From assembly GCA_018398765.1 (NCBI GenBank), contig JAHBMJ010000355.1, forward strand, positions 62,001 to 126,000: a stretch of 64,000 bases of DNA, written 5' to 3'. Position 1 is the stretch's first letter, and every line of letters starts with the position of its first letter. Source of the DNA: Chromera velia. Its lineage: Eukaryota. The notes below the pieces were generated by a model, which worked only from the letters and a program-made list of their open reading frames with translations, had not been told where the DNA came from and searched no databases. Below, piece after piece: positions 13,042 through 26,019 of the stretch. A program made the translations under genes and the position numbers.

Positions 13042-14607
13042 GAGAGAGAGACAGAGAGAGAGAAAGAGAGAGAGAGAGAGATCATTAACTCATGACACAC
13101 ACGAACAGAGAACCATTTTATTTCGCGACTTTCGATTCATGTCACTTGATTGCCCTTTGTTTGTTGACTGTCACTGATTTCGCCACACTATCGGCAGGCA
13201 GGCACAAGAAAAGAAACCAAATCAACAAGGGTAGACGAACCCGCCCAGGCAGGCAGGCAGGCAAACAGGCTTGCAGGAAGCACGGTAGGAAGGAAGGCAG
13301 AAAGGCCTCATGGGGGGGGGGGTAGGGGGACGGCGGGAAGAGAAGAGTTGATGAGAGCAGAAGAATTAAGAAAAAGGCAAAGCAGGGATAGACGAAGAGA
13401 ATAAAAGAAGAGAAGAGAAAGAGTCAGGGATAACAGCACGAAACGCCAGTTACTGAAATACCTACACTGCTTATCTGGAGACTTCCTGTCGGTTGCAATG
13501 CTACAAAGCAAACCAGGAGACAAAAAGAGAGAAGGGCCGGAAGATGAGCGAATGGAAGGTAGGAAGGAAAGGTAAACAAAAACAAACAATCTGTTTACAA
13601 ACAAACAAACCAACAAACCAAGAAAGAAAGAAAGAAAGAAAGAATCCCTTCATCGATTGATCGATTGACCAAGCTGACCGACCGACCTGTGTATTTTTTT
13701 TATCGCCACGCTGTCCTCTGAGAATTTCGATTTTGCCACAAAAACTTCGGCAAAGGACCCAGAGCTGCATTCACTCATTGACTTGACTGACGATTTCGCC
13801 GAGCAGAGGTGAGATGAAAGGACCAAAAAGCGAAAGCAGTCAGAGCAGCTAGAGGGAAAGAAACTTCACTCTTACAGCCGAATGGAATGTTTTTCAACTT
13901 AAATTCACAGGACATCCTGCAGATATATACATACGTGCAACACAGAGAGCACGCAGCTCATCTACTCCGCAATGCAATGCACGTGTTGACTTGGAGAAAC
14001 AAACGATCAGTCGAGTTCAGGCGGCAGGACGGACAGAGAGCATCGACAGACCCGAGGATGTGTTCTGGATTTAGGTGTAGACGGAAAAAGGTCAGTCAAT
14101 TTCAGGAAATCTCTAACACAAACCGCAGGAAGACAGACCCGATGACGTCTTCTGGAGTAAAGGTGTAGTAGGTAAAGACACTGCCGGCATTGGAGTGCAG
14201 AAAGGACCCTCGATTGATTGACATCCTGCAGAGGAAGGAAGGACAGGAGGCGAAGGAAACGTACAGAACACACAAGAGGAAAAAGGTCAGTCAGGAGCAG
14301 TCTCGATCGAGAGACTGCGCGAAGCCATCCATCTGTCCCCTGCCCTTCCCTGTATCCTCTGTTTTTCTTCACCAACCGAGTTGTGAGCATCTTCTGCATG
14401 TCCTCGGAGGTTTCGCATTCCTCCGAGGGAATCTCAATAGCCAATCCTGCAAGGAAGCGGAAATTGACATGCGGGACTTGCTGAAACATACAGCGCTGTA
14501 CATATATCGAGCAGGTAAGGAGAAAAGGAATCTTTGAATGAAAAATAAAACGCTGTACATATATCGAGCAGGTAAGGAGAAAAGGAATCTTTACCTTTCG
14601 GCGGCAT
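251..14607 (-). CDS. Calcium-dependent protein kinase (kinase + junction + 4 EF-hands) fused to a C-terminal CstB/persulfide-dioxygenase-like MBL-fold domain; 3'-partial (continues past the left edge); about 1188 aa in window after removing the artefactual duplication
   Basis: Hand-spliced exons, all GT-AG and phase-consistent: 14607-14595, 14446-14377, 14225-14139, 13764-13687, 12720-12612, 12279-12225, 11773-11693, 11429-11359, 10848-10798, 10524-8641 (contains the 873-nt artefact), 8410-8285, 7845-7795, 7366-7286, 6998-6800, 6215-5840, 5218-4914, 4529-4468, 3898-3825, 3476-3424, 2581-2523, 2099-2039, 1731-1611, 1374-1284, 828-704, 404-251. Kinase motifs: IGSGSFAEV, VAIKK, NEEINILRELDHPQIIRLFE, ELCEGGELFD, HRDIKYDN, VDFG, FIAPE, DLWSVG, RISAREAVQHPWI. 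EF loops: DSDRDGVVSFEE, DTNFDGQIEFKE, DRDGDGLLSLEE and degenerate GADEEDELDFAN. MBL motifs: ASYLI, VIDPG, VTH..FVSG, KDGD, HAPGHT, FTGGS, RGDL, FPAYGAASLLC. Confidence 0.85.
2797..2985. repeat. Intronic compound tetranucleotide microsatellite (GAAT/GAGT/GGAA)n, representative of the dozens of intronic SSRs (GACA, CA, GA, GGAA, GGAT) across the window
   Basis: Directly visible; similar blocks at about 410-435, 12990-13080, 17500-17550, 25075-25220, 33150-33285, 34200-34300 and 55980-56100. Confidence 0.9.
8651..10395. repeat. Exact tandem duplication of 872 bp (8651-9522 and 9524-10395) separated by a single N; probable scaffolding/contig-overlap artefact
   Basis: Both copies start tcctcgaacgacaccac and end cgaatccccccc, with N at 9523. 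The ORF track shows identical translations offset by 873 nt. Confidence 0.9.
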
Positions 14608-16350
14608 CGTGAAGAAGACCTCCAGCAATTGGAATCCTTAGAGGGAAAGCTTTTTTTTCTTGGATTTCCTTTTGGTGAAGGACGGATCACACTCAGAAAC
14701 TGTATGCATCGGACTGGTGCAGCTGCTATATAGAAGGTTCGACGTCTTCTGTTCTCGACATCCGTTGCTCTCTGCTGAGACGGAACGAAAGAACAGTCGT
14801 GGCACACACCTCAAACCACTTGCGTCTCAACACCTTGCATTGAGTTCCTGCTTTTGGTGACTTAAATTGCATTGTTTTGCACACGCACAACCGTACGCGT
14901 TTCTTCTTTAGTGTCTCTCTGGTCCTTTGTCCGCATTTTTGCATGTAACCGCGACCAGCATGCAGCTAGCACATGCATGCATGCAGAGTGCATGCCCGCA
15001 TGACCGATCCCCCCTCTGACGCACGCGCACAACGGCCGGGCCGAAAAAAAAAAGCCAGATTGTCTCGCGTGGCCCCGGAAAGCGCCTGGGCTCTCAGAAC
15101 TCGCCACTCAGCAGAACACCTAAAGAATTGCACCCCCGCAGACCACACGGACGTCCGACGTTGACAGAAAGATCTGACCACGCCAAGCTAGTAAACTAAT
15201 CGTTATAAATTATAATTTTTAGATAGTATATATAGATAGTACGTATATATATGAATTTTTAGATAAGTGATTTAGTGATGCTTGAAAGCACATAGTATAC
15301 ACTATATATATATAATTACTAACATCTTATCGTCCATCTAGTTATGCCTAAAGTTATGCTTAAGTACCCACCGGCACCTGCCACTCCGCCCGCTTGTCAG
15401 TCTGCTGTCCGCCCGCCCCCGCTGCCCGGAAAGCCAATTCAGCTGAGGGAACATTTACCAAATTTTACCAAATTTCAAGGAGGGACGAAAAGAATTATAA
15501 TTTCGCTTTCTGTGTCATTAATTTGCACGGAGTGTATCTAAGTGTGCCAGAAACGCCATTAAACACGATTCGTCATCCAGACTGTCAGCTGTTTTAAACT
15601 GAGAAAACACCGAGTAACCATCTGGTATCTGAGTTGAGTTCTACTGTATTCTATGCAACAAGATTATTGTTAGACATCAGTGCGGAAAAACTGATGTGTT
15701 CTGATTACGGTGTTTTATTATGATCATGTCATAAACTTCATTGTTGCTTAATCACCTATAGTTACTCACATTTCTCTTGCTAGTTGTGTTATTTTCAGCC
15801 AGCGGTTAGAATTGCGATAATAATAAGGGTCATTATCTTTTAAACACTTTTTTCTGTATACAAAAAAAAAGTAAAAAAAAACTATTTTAGTTTAATTACT
15901 TTTATAACTTTAACAATGTCTTTAGTTGCAACTTGCATGAGATACATTAACTACTTCTAGAACTACTTACTCCTCATTACCTAGCTCATTACGTATAAAT
16001 GCTAGTATAAATAGTGTACACAAATCACATTTTCATACAACTTTCACAAGCATAATTTCAGACCATCTGTCTGTATGTTACTCGAAGTCGTAATTGTCTT
16101 TCATCCCGATAATTATTAATTGAATTCCCGTACTTCACGTGATGCAACACTCTCCCACATGCTATGACCAACACTCCCCCTCTATAGCTGTCGCACCTCA
16201 TCGATGTCAGTCCTCCCTCCGGACCCCTCCTTCTCTGCTCCCTCCACCCCGACGTGCCTCCTGAGATCCTCAATTAGCTTCTTTGAATTCTCTCCCTCCC
16301 CGCCCCCCAACTTATTTATTGCACCCATCAATCAACTCAATTAATTACAT

Positions 16351-17170
16351 TCATCGCCGGAAGTCGTCTGTGAGGATCTCAAACCGAAACCCCTCTCCCC
16401 CGAGAACCCCAAGCGAAGGGTACCCTTCTTGCACGGCCACGTTGCAGTTCTCCAGAGAGTCGTCCAGCAACAGAATCTGCACACACACATGCAGACAGGG
16501 TGACACGGATGCACTTTCAATCAATCAATCAATCGACCGGACGGACGGACGGACACGGCGGGACACTGTGACCTAGGGGGGAGAACAAACAAAACACATC
16601 CGGCGAATGAATGAATGCAACCACGCTGAACAGCTAGTCAAATCCTCTCTGGCTCGAACCAATGGACAAGTCAGAAATACACGTCGGCCGACCAACTCCA
16701 AAGATTAGTTCAAGAGCTTCATTTCACGTAGAGGCCCGTACCACACATACATACATGTACAAAACAAACCCCGTGTTGGAAGTTACAGAGAGAGAAAGGG
16801 ACGGAAAAGGAAGGGAGAAAGGAAAAAAGAAATAAGGAAAGAGGAGAAAGGAAAAAAGAAATAAGGAAAGAAAGTGGGGGCACGGGGGGGAGAGAAAAGA
16901 AATCCTGTCCGCCTTATTGGCCGATTTATTCTTCTCGCTCCTTCTCTCCGGGTGCATTCATGATTTCTTTCCTTTCGCCAATCTTTTTTGAACCAAGGGG
17001 GCCTATTTCGTTCTTTTGTTTTCTTCTGTCGGCATTTTGTTTTTAACCTCCCCCCTTGGAATCATTCATTTTTTCCGTCTGTCCCTCTTCCTGAGAGCCA
17101 TAGAGCTGGGGTAAAAAGATATCTCCCTCTCTCTGTATTCGAGACAGGGGACAGCCTCTCGGCCTGCCTG

Positions 17171-17204
<34 letters not shown>

Positions 17205-17499
17205 CCTTCTGGTTTTCACCTCCGTCTGCCATACAGAAAGGGAATGAATGTACACGGAGGGCGTGTCTAGACATTCGCAGAGAGGAAACACTTGACTGAG
17301 AGGAAAGAGTCTCGGGCCCCGTCCGGTTTCCTTTGTGCGGAGGGAAGGGTCTGACTGACACCCAGCAGAAGGAACGGGCAGTAACGCAAAAGCAAAATAA
17401 GTCCACGAGCGGAACATGACCAAAAAAACGGATGCGCACTTCGAAACATACAGACACACAGTACACTTCCACAACACCCTCCTTCTCTCGTCCACACAC

Positions 17500-17538
<39 letters not shown>

Positions 17539-17938
17539 CACACACACACACACCTGGTGCTTCTGGAGTCCATATTCCTGGCAGAGAGACTTAAGATGAT
17601 AGGACTTGGACATTCGCATCGGCTCCTTCAGTCCAAGGGGGGAGTAGTCTTCCGGATCTTGATAGTTGCTGCACACACACATACACACACAGACTCTCTC
17701 TCTCACACATTCACACACACATACATACACATACACACACGCAGACACACGTAGATATATCATAAATAGATGAAGACACGTATGTGTGCATGCAGACACA
17801 CATACAGACGCACGGATGAGAAAGGAGAAAAAAGAGGGTGTTGAAGGGGCGGGCACCTTCATTGAATACACATTTCAGCAATCAAACAAGGGCTCTGCAT
17901 GTCCCATTCAACTAAAGGAAGAAACTCTGTGTCCATTC

Positions 17939-17990
<52 letters not shown>

Positions 17991-19079
17991 ATGTGTGAGA
18001 GAGAGAGAGAGACTGTTTTTGTGTGTGTCAGTGTTTTAGTGTATGAGTGCGTGCCCGCAGATTTCTGCACGCCAGGTGTCGCGTCCCTTTCCTTTGTCTC
18101 CCCGGTCATGAGTGCTGTCAGAATTCAGATTCAGACAAAAAAACGGAGAATTCGTTCACGGAGAGAGAGAGGAAAAGAACTCTGCGTTTTCTTCTAGGAG
18201 AGGGGGGAAGGCCCGGAGAAAAAGGGAGAAGGGGGCAGAAGTCTGGACCGATCGACGAGGGGAGAAAAGAAAGGGAGGGCAGGAAAGCAAAGCAAAGCAA
18301 AGGAAAGGAGGCGAAACGAAGAAGAGGAAAGGAAGGAAGGAAGGAAGGAAGGAAGGAAGGAAGGAAGGAAGAAGGCAAGCGCGAAAAAAAGGTACACAGG
18401 AAGTAGAAAGAAAGAGGAAAAAAAAACTGACGCACGCAGGGTATCGATCGATGATGCTCTCCACTTGGAAGGGCGCTTGCGAGGCCTTCAAGATGTCAAT
18501 GATCAGATCGCTTCCTCCCCGTTCCTCATCCCTGCATCAGACAGACCAATGATGGTGCTTCATGAACTTCTCAAAATAATTTTCTTGCTCATCTAATTCT
18601 TTCATGCACGGAGACGACGAGAAGATTTTTTCTCTTTGCAGAGAAGAGAGTCCAGACACGGGACCAGAAGAGAGGCGCCCCAAAAGTAAAAATGCGCGAC
18701 GAAGGAAGGAAACGGGGACACCCCTCCGGATGTTGTCATGCCCCCAGTCTTTGACAGAGAGGCCGACTGACCGATCTCTGCAGCTGTTGCGGTCTGCGAA
18801 GGAGACGATGGAGATCTTCAGTCCCGCGCCCTCGAACATCTGTCCGAGCTCACAAAAATCTCGCGACACGGACCGGAGCAATGATCGATACCGCTCCGAA
18901 TTCTTCGACGCGAACCCCCCCGTGTGCTGTGTAGTGATTGTCAGGTCGAAATCGGAGGCGATCATCTTCACTCCCCGACTCACCAAGAACTGCACAAGCT
19001 TCCCGACAGCCTCCTTAGCATTGTGGGGCAGAGCTGGAAAATAATGCTGCCGTAAAAAAAGGGAAAGCTCCGCTTGCAT
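16351..19079 (-). CDS. HAD-superfamily phosphatase-like protein (small or absent cap), about 214 aa, 4 exons
   Basis: Exons 19079-18772, 18531-18436, 17668-17554 and 16476-16351 (TGA), phases consistent. Motif I ASDFDLTIT, motif II IVSF, motif III SKSYH, motif IV ILLLDDSLEN. The start codon is uncertain; an upstream exon is possible. Confidence 0.8.
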
Positions 19080-19794
19080 GGTTCCGTCCAGGCACAGGAC
19101 AGGAACTCTGTGACAGGTAGGCAACCACGTACAAAAGCAAGAAATTCGGACTGTTGGCTCGTCTGTCAAGAGACGAAAAAGGTACGCGGATTCTCTTATT
19201 ACCCTGTACGTGAAGGCTCGAACGAAATTGAGAAGCTGTGCCCTTCGAACAAATTATGATGAACGGTTCAGCGAAACACTTGCACCAGACACTTCCTTCT
19301 GAAGCTGCGGCAGATTAGGTGCACTGATCAAGGAGACACTTCGAGACTCACCATCTGACAGAGAAGATCGATGATCGATGAGATCGAGCATCTTCAGGAC
19401 GAAAGATAACGAAAGATGCATGTGACATGAAGCGATCATGAAGCGCGCATCCACTGCATGTGACAAAACGAAGCCGATTGGAGCCGCGCGCACAATTTAA
19501 AGACGCGCGAACACAAACCTTTTTTTTTAATTTATTAATTCTACATGCATGTTGCGTTTCGTTTCTGTATATATATATGCCTGCATTCAATCAGTCAGAA
19601 CTTTAATAATCATGCATACATAGAATGTCTTCCATTGTGTTGCAACAGACAGTCCGGTCCTTTAAATTTCTTCCAGTTCCCTCCACTTTTGCACATGACA
19701 GTCTGACGTCCCATTCCTTCGAAAGGTTCTTTGAACGCTTTGACCTGACTGGGAGACGGTGAAGAAGAAAAATATTCACTATTATCTTCGAGTC

Positions 19795-22054
19795 ATGTCT
19801 TCCGTTTTCGTGGAAACGCCTTTCGGCCGTCTTCACCTTTTGGACAACCAGGCAAACGTCCAGGAAAGCAAGCAGGGTGACCTTCCGACTGTCCTCTTGC
19901 TTCACGGTGCTCGGAAGACTCTCACAGCGAAGGGGTGGGAGCCCTCCCTGCCCGCCCTGGCGGCTGCAGGAATCCGGGCCCTTGCTTTGGACTTTCCGGG
20001 GCATGGAGAGAGTGGGGGGGACCTTGCGGAGGGTGCAGCGAGCCCTGTGAAGGTTGTTGCCAGTGTGGTAGACAAACTAGGGCTGAAGAGCCTTTTTCTC
20101 GGGGGCCGCGCAGACGGGGGCCGCACAGTCCTTCTATGTGCAACAAGCACAGAGCCTCCACTGAAGTCTGCTCTTCATGGTGTGATCCTCTGCCACCCTG
20201 TCGCTGCGGACGTGAAAGTGCTCCAAGCAGTCAAGCAACAGGCGCGACTGCGAAAGCTTCTCTGGTAGGTCAAAAATGGTGGATGAGGAGCATGCAGCTT
20301 TTTCCCCCTCTCATTGGTCTAATTCGTTTTTGATTTTGTTTCATTGATCAAAAAAATGTATAATTGGCGTCCAATTTGCATGCATATAAATTCGATTGCC
20401 TCCACAGCTCGGAGAAGGAGGATGTTGCAAGCAGCGTCAATTGTTTTTCTTGTCATTTTTGTCTTATCCATATTTGGAGCCATTATATATATATTTCTCT
20501 CCTCACTCTCACAAACGTACATATGTTTCTAAATTAAGTTAATTGCCTCGATCGTTCTGCCTCTGCAGGTGGGCGAAGGACGATGAGGGTCAGGGCCAAC
20601 CCTTCAAGGGGCCTCATGGAGCCCATTATTTCGTGCAGCAAATCGGGTGTGGGTTGAACCTGTGGGAAATGGCGGCGTGGAAGGCCAACACGAATGAGTT
20701 TTTTGGTTCTGAGGAATTTGTGGAGGCAGTCAAGTTCGAGGCTCTAGCTGCGATTAGACGAAGGGGGGTGCCTCTGGGAGGAGGAGGAGTGGCTGCCGGG
20801 GGTGGTCAAGAGAAAGGAGTGGGAGAGAGGGAGGAGGGGGCAGAAAAAGAAAAGGACAACAACGAGGGGGCCGTTGCCCTTTCCGTCTCCCCTCTCGTTC
20901 CCTCCCTCGCAGAGATTTCCATCGAGAGCCTGCCGGATATGTCAGAGGAGACCCAGAAGGAGGCAGCAGAAGCAGAACAGAAGGAGGGGAAGGGAAAGGG
21001 AGAGGGGGGTGGCAAAGGGGAAGATTCAGGAATTCCAAAAGCGCCTGCACCTGCAGGGTCTCAGAAGGAGGCAGAAAAAGACGAGACGAGGGAAAGCAAT
21101 TCTAAGACAGAAGGAAGCACAGAAGGCACGGCAAAGTCTGTCCCAAAGGAAGCGGAGAAAGATGAAAAGAAGAAAGACAAAGAAAAGGCACAACAAGCAC
21201 AGCCTCTTATTTCTGCAGTAGCACCATCCAACCCCCCTTCCGTCTCTTGGCGAGACAATCCCGAGGCCTTCAACCGACAGAAAGACTCCGAGTTGGAGGC
21301 AGGTGGCGGTTCGTTCTTCGTCAAGACACCGTATGGCGATGTGCACATCTTTCACGCCTCTCCTGAAGGGAAGGGGGACAAGGACACCCTGCCCCTCTAT
21401 GCGGCCATGCACGGAGACGGTGCGAAATCTTCAGCTGCCGACTGGCTCTCGGCCCTCCAACCGTTGGCCGATCGCTCGTCCTACCGAGTGTGTGCCGTGT
21501 CGATGCCGGGGTATGGTCTGTCGTCTGGAAAGAGGAGTGCCTTCCGCCAGAGCGGGGTGGAGGTGTTGATGAGTGTGCTGGAGGGGTTGAAGGTTCGGTT
21601 CTCCTTCTCCTCTGTAGTTGTTGGGGGCAGGTCCGTGGGGGGGCGCACGTCGTTGGAGTTGGGGTCCCAGTGGAAGGCCATTGCGGCCTCCTCCAAACTT
21701 TCATTCAAAATTAAAGCCCTAGTTTTGACTCACCCAGTCGTGCCGTCCGAGCAGGTTGCTCGAGCAGCCGGAGCCGCGTTTCCCATTCTCTTGACGTGGG
21801 CAACCGACGACGGTTTCCACTACAACCGTGCGATCCTAGCAGCCCAAAAGGGAAAGGCGGGGGGAGGGGACGCCCTGGCCAAAGCAACTGCTGGTCACCC
21901 CTACTTTGGCCCTAGAGGCGCTGCGTTTCTGGTGTCCTTGACGGGATGTGAGCTTTTGAGCTGGCAGGAGAAGGACTTCTCGGACGTCTCTGAATTTTAT
22001 GCAGACGTTTTTCCAATCCGAGTTGCCAGGTTCCTCACAAAAAAAGTCAAATAA
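19795..22054 (+). CDS. Protein with two tandem alpha/beta-hydrolase domains (ABHD14-like fold) joined by a charged low-complexity linker, about 651 aa, 2 exons
   Basis: Exons 19795-20264 and 20569-22054 (phase 2, GTAGGT..TGCAG). Domain 1: VETPFG, VLLLHG, ALDFPGHGES, GGRADGG, VILCHP, WAKDD. Domain 2: VKTPYG, AMHG, SMPGYGLS, GGRSVGG, LVLTHP, TWATDD, GHP. Confidence 0.85.
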
Positions 22055-22509
22055 ATGGTTTTTGCCAGCCAGATTCCATGCTACTACTAGGCTAGTACTA
22101 TAGCTACTACCTTCCAAGTGTATCAAATCATGTAGAACAATTAAACTAAATATAGTACTAATTCTATAAAACTATATAAAACAAAATGGCAATAGTGTTT
22201 TACGACCTAGTTTACGATACTGGTAAATTACTTGTCACTTATTACTTATCACTTACTTATCACGTATTACTTTATGAGTCGAATTATGACTTATACAATA
22301 CTGACAAATTTTGAAAATATATTGAATTAATTAAAGATGTTTATTTCATCATCATCATCATCATCATTCTTCACCATCGCTATCGGCCCATAAATGAGCC
22401 TAGAAATGAGCGTTTAATGTTCGGCTGGTTTGATACGTAGCTAGACATACTGCTAGGGCAGTCCTTTCCCATGAAGGAAGATAACACAGGCAAGAACGGC
22501 TTTCCCGTG

Positions 22510-23430
22510 CTAGGCGACCACTACAAAAAAAAAAAAAAAGTTAAAATCTCATTTTTAGTTTTCTTTTTTTTTTTTTGAAAGCTCTACATGTGCATGATTA
22601 TGTTGCACGCTGTGGCCAGCGCCCCGTGGGTACTCGATCGAGTCCCCGCCGCAAGACCCCCATACGCCGCGCGCCGCGCATGCCTACAAACCGGCCGGTT
22701 GCATGTATGCGTCCTCAGCCAGCAACTTCGCTCAAATTCAGTCGAACGCCTGCAGCGGTTTATCTGACCTTACAGCCCTTTTACCTCAAACACCAGTTTC
22801 GATCTAGCAGCCTACTGTAAGCTGTTTAGCGCACCAAGCCATCTGCCTTGCTATACACCTTTACTTGAGGCTGCCTCCACGTTTAAAAGGGTAGAAAGGC
22901 GTTTCACTAGCGGGTCTTTTCACCAGCGTGTCTTTTCACACATTCTTCTTACCAGCGTATCTTTTCTTCCCCGGTCCTTCATGTTTTTAGGAGCGGGAGG
23001 CGCAGGAGGAGGGGCTGGGGGCGGTCAGGGGCACGATGGCATCTTGGATGCAAATCTGGGTGGGGGGCTAGGCGGGGGGCAGGTAGGGGAACGACTTAGG
23101 GAAGGGAAGAAGGGCGGTGTCTGTTGTATTTCACTGGGTGCTAAACTAGGCGTGCTGTCTCTCTTATCTCTCTCTTTCTTCTGTATGTTTGTTGTTGCCC
23201 GTTTCTTGACTTAATCTAGGCTAGAACCTCGGACTTGATACATCATTAACTCTTAGACTGACTTAGTAAGTTAGTAAGTGAAATCATGTCAGTGTTGACC
23301 TAGGTGTTGACTTCGTTTTTTTTTGTCAGCGTGAACACGTTTAGAAACAAAAAAAAAAACCTAAATGGGGTAAATGCTCTTATTTTTTTAAATTTTTTTT
23401 TATTTTTTTTTTTGTATATTAGTCGCCTAG
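22510..23430. mobile_element. Non-autonomous TIR element (CTAGGCG-end family), 921 bp, 8-bp TSD, with a GC-rich internal stretch containing a stop-riddled ORF remnant
   Basis: Left end ctaggcgaccactac(a)n, right end (t)ngtatattagtcgcctag; flanks ttcccgtg / ttcccgta (7 of 8 identical). Confidence 0.7.
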
Positions 23431-24927
23431 TTCCCGTAACGGCCACTCACTGAATTCCTGTGGTAAGGCAGAGTGGTCTTACATCCTCACACAGAATGCG
23501 TGGCCTTGTCCTCTTTCTGCCGAAATCTAGCTCAATCAGAAGAAAAAAGAGCCAGAGAACCTTCATTCTGATAGGCTAGGTTAGGTTATGCCCTTTCACC
23601 TTCATATCTCGCCCCAAAGCTCCTTTTCGCCTGCCTGTTTTGAGGTAGACGGTGGTAGAATGACAGAGCTAGATGGCTGAAGAGACGGGCAAAAACGGTA
23701 GTCTGGCTTGGCTTTGTCCCCATTCCGTGAACCACTTCCCAAAAAGGGAGAAAACCTCATCCGTCTGACCCCGTTGCCAGTGTTTCGCACTCAGCACGCG
23801 TGCGCGCCAACTGCTTGTGCTGTCTAACTGCAGGTCGGTAAAAAAAGATGTTTATTTACTTTTACTTATTTTATTTTTGTATTGATCATGTGGACTGAAA
23901 CTATACTTTGACACAATTCCAGTACCAAAACAATACCGTATATATATAAGTACCAGTGCTAGTGCTATAGTGTTACTCTAGATGATTTAGCATTACCGCG
24001 CAGTGAAAAGAGCTTATAAATGCACGTGAAAGGGTAAAAAAGAACCAAAGAAGTACGATAAAAGCGAGTGAGTTACTTTTCTGGGAGATTCGGCTAAGAA
24101 AAGAGCTCTGAGGCAGGCCAGAAGTCGCAACCTTTGAATTACTTTTTTCTCTTTCACGGCGAATCTGGACTTAATTCATTAAATTTACGTTTTCGTCTTG
24201 AAAGGCCTTTCACCACACAAGACGAGACGAGCAGGCGGGGCGAGAGATCGACAAGATTGATTCGTATGATCGATGCCTGCCCCGGCATGCCCCCATAGCA
24301 ATTTAGTGTGCGGAAGGGCCCTTCTTGATTCACCCTGGGGACACCAGTGGCAGGAAGCGAGTCAGCAGGGAGGGAGCAAGGAGGGAGAGGACTTTTGTCC
24401 CAAGGCTATCGATCAAGGTGAAAAGAGGGAGGGAGGCAGGCAGGCAGGCAGGCAGGCAGGCTTCACTTACTGACTGGCGGCCTGGCTGAAATGATTGGAT
24501 CGATTTGTCTGACAGGAGTTCGTGAGTCAATGAGTCTGACACGCCTTTCCCCTGCCAGCACTTTCTTTTTTTCCACTCTGCAGTTGGATCTTCTTCCACT
24601 CAGATTCCGTGTTCCTTCTTCTCTTTTCTTCCCTTCTTTTCTTTTCTTTTCTTTTCAGCATTCGTTTCTCCCGATCCTTCCCTTCTGAATACAGTGGATC
24701 CTTTTCTTTAATTCACCTCTTTTTTGTTGGATTTCCTTTTTCGTATTGCATTCCCTTCTCTATGAGAAGATCTAGGAGACAGGAAAAAGAGGGAAGGTGC
24801 AAATAAAACGAAGCCCTCTCCCTTTTCGTCTGGTCTTTTCTCACTTTGCTTGCTTTTCCCTTTTGTTCTTTCTTCTCGGTGCCTCGCAAAAACCCATCCC
24901 TCTCTTTCTCCTGACAGCTACTGGCGG

Positions 24928-25120
24928 TCACTCCTTTTTGCCTCCTGTCACGAGCTTCTTTCCACCAGCAGCCTGCAGTGTGAGCTCGAATCGGACCTGT
25001 AGGCAGACACAGACACAGACGCAGACACGCTCTCGCACTCATCTCAACTCATATGTGCGGACACGTGCACATTCATGCGCGCGCGCACGCAGCACGCACG
25101 GACGCACGGACGCGCGCGCG

Positions 25121-25153
<33 letters not shown>

Positions 25154-25987
25154 CGAGAGCGAGAGAGAGAGAAACAGACAGACAGACAGACAGACACACA
25201 CACACACACACACACACACGTTCCGAGAATTCAGCATATGTGCACCGAGAAAAGCTTTACGCAGCCTTAACGAAACGAAAAAAAGAGAAGGAAAGCGTAA
25301 CCCCCCCAAGCACCCACCCACCCACCCTCGGACCGACCTGCGGACACATGTTTCTCACCACCTTCCCCGCCGCCTTCCTGAGGCTATCAGCCGAGTGCCA
25401 GATGGAGAAGTCCCCCGTGTACCTCCTCCCACTGCTCAGCTCGTCCAATCGCTTCAGAGCAGAAGGAGACATCCCTCCACTGTTCTGCAGCACTGCCACC
25501 ATCACACGGGCGTCCGCCTCCTCCTTCAGCCTCTTGGCTGACTGAGGGGCAAGGAAGGCCTCCGTGAAACCGTTCTCGAATGTCCCAGAGGGCAACGAGT
25601 CGGTCACCAAAAGGACGACCTTGTGTCTCTCCTCGTCCTCCGACTCTTCGGACTCCCCCTGTTGACCTGTCAGCATGTCACGGGCACTGTCGAGGGCGTG
25701 CGCGGTGGCTGCCCCCAGCCCGTCGGACACCCAGAGGCTCCCCGTAGCGTCCGTGAGGTTTGAGATCACTGCATGACGGTCGTTGGTCAGAGAGACCATC
25801 ACGTTGGCCGACTGGGAGAAGGTGATCAGAGACACCTGCACACAGAGAGGGAGACAGACAACAGCACATGCAGTACTCATCTTTGTATTCGGATACAAGC
25901 TTCAAGGCCGAAAGAACAGACAGCCCAACAGCGACCGAAGAAAAAAAACGAAAATGCCCTACCCACAAAAGAAGAAAAGAGAGACAC

Positions 25988-26019
<32 letters not shown>

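Noticed and set aside
13462..13500. Possible 39-nt frame-preserving cassette exon (SIATDRKSPDKQCR) in the kinase N-lobe
   Set aside because: Its donor GTATTT lacks the +5G/+6T seen in almost all donors here, and the flanking exons join directly into a normal VAIKKIHRSAIQD sequence.
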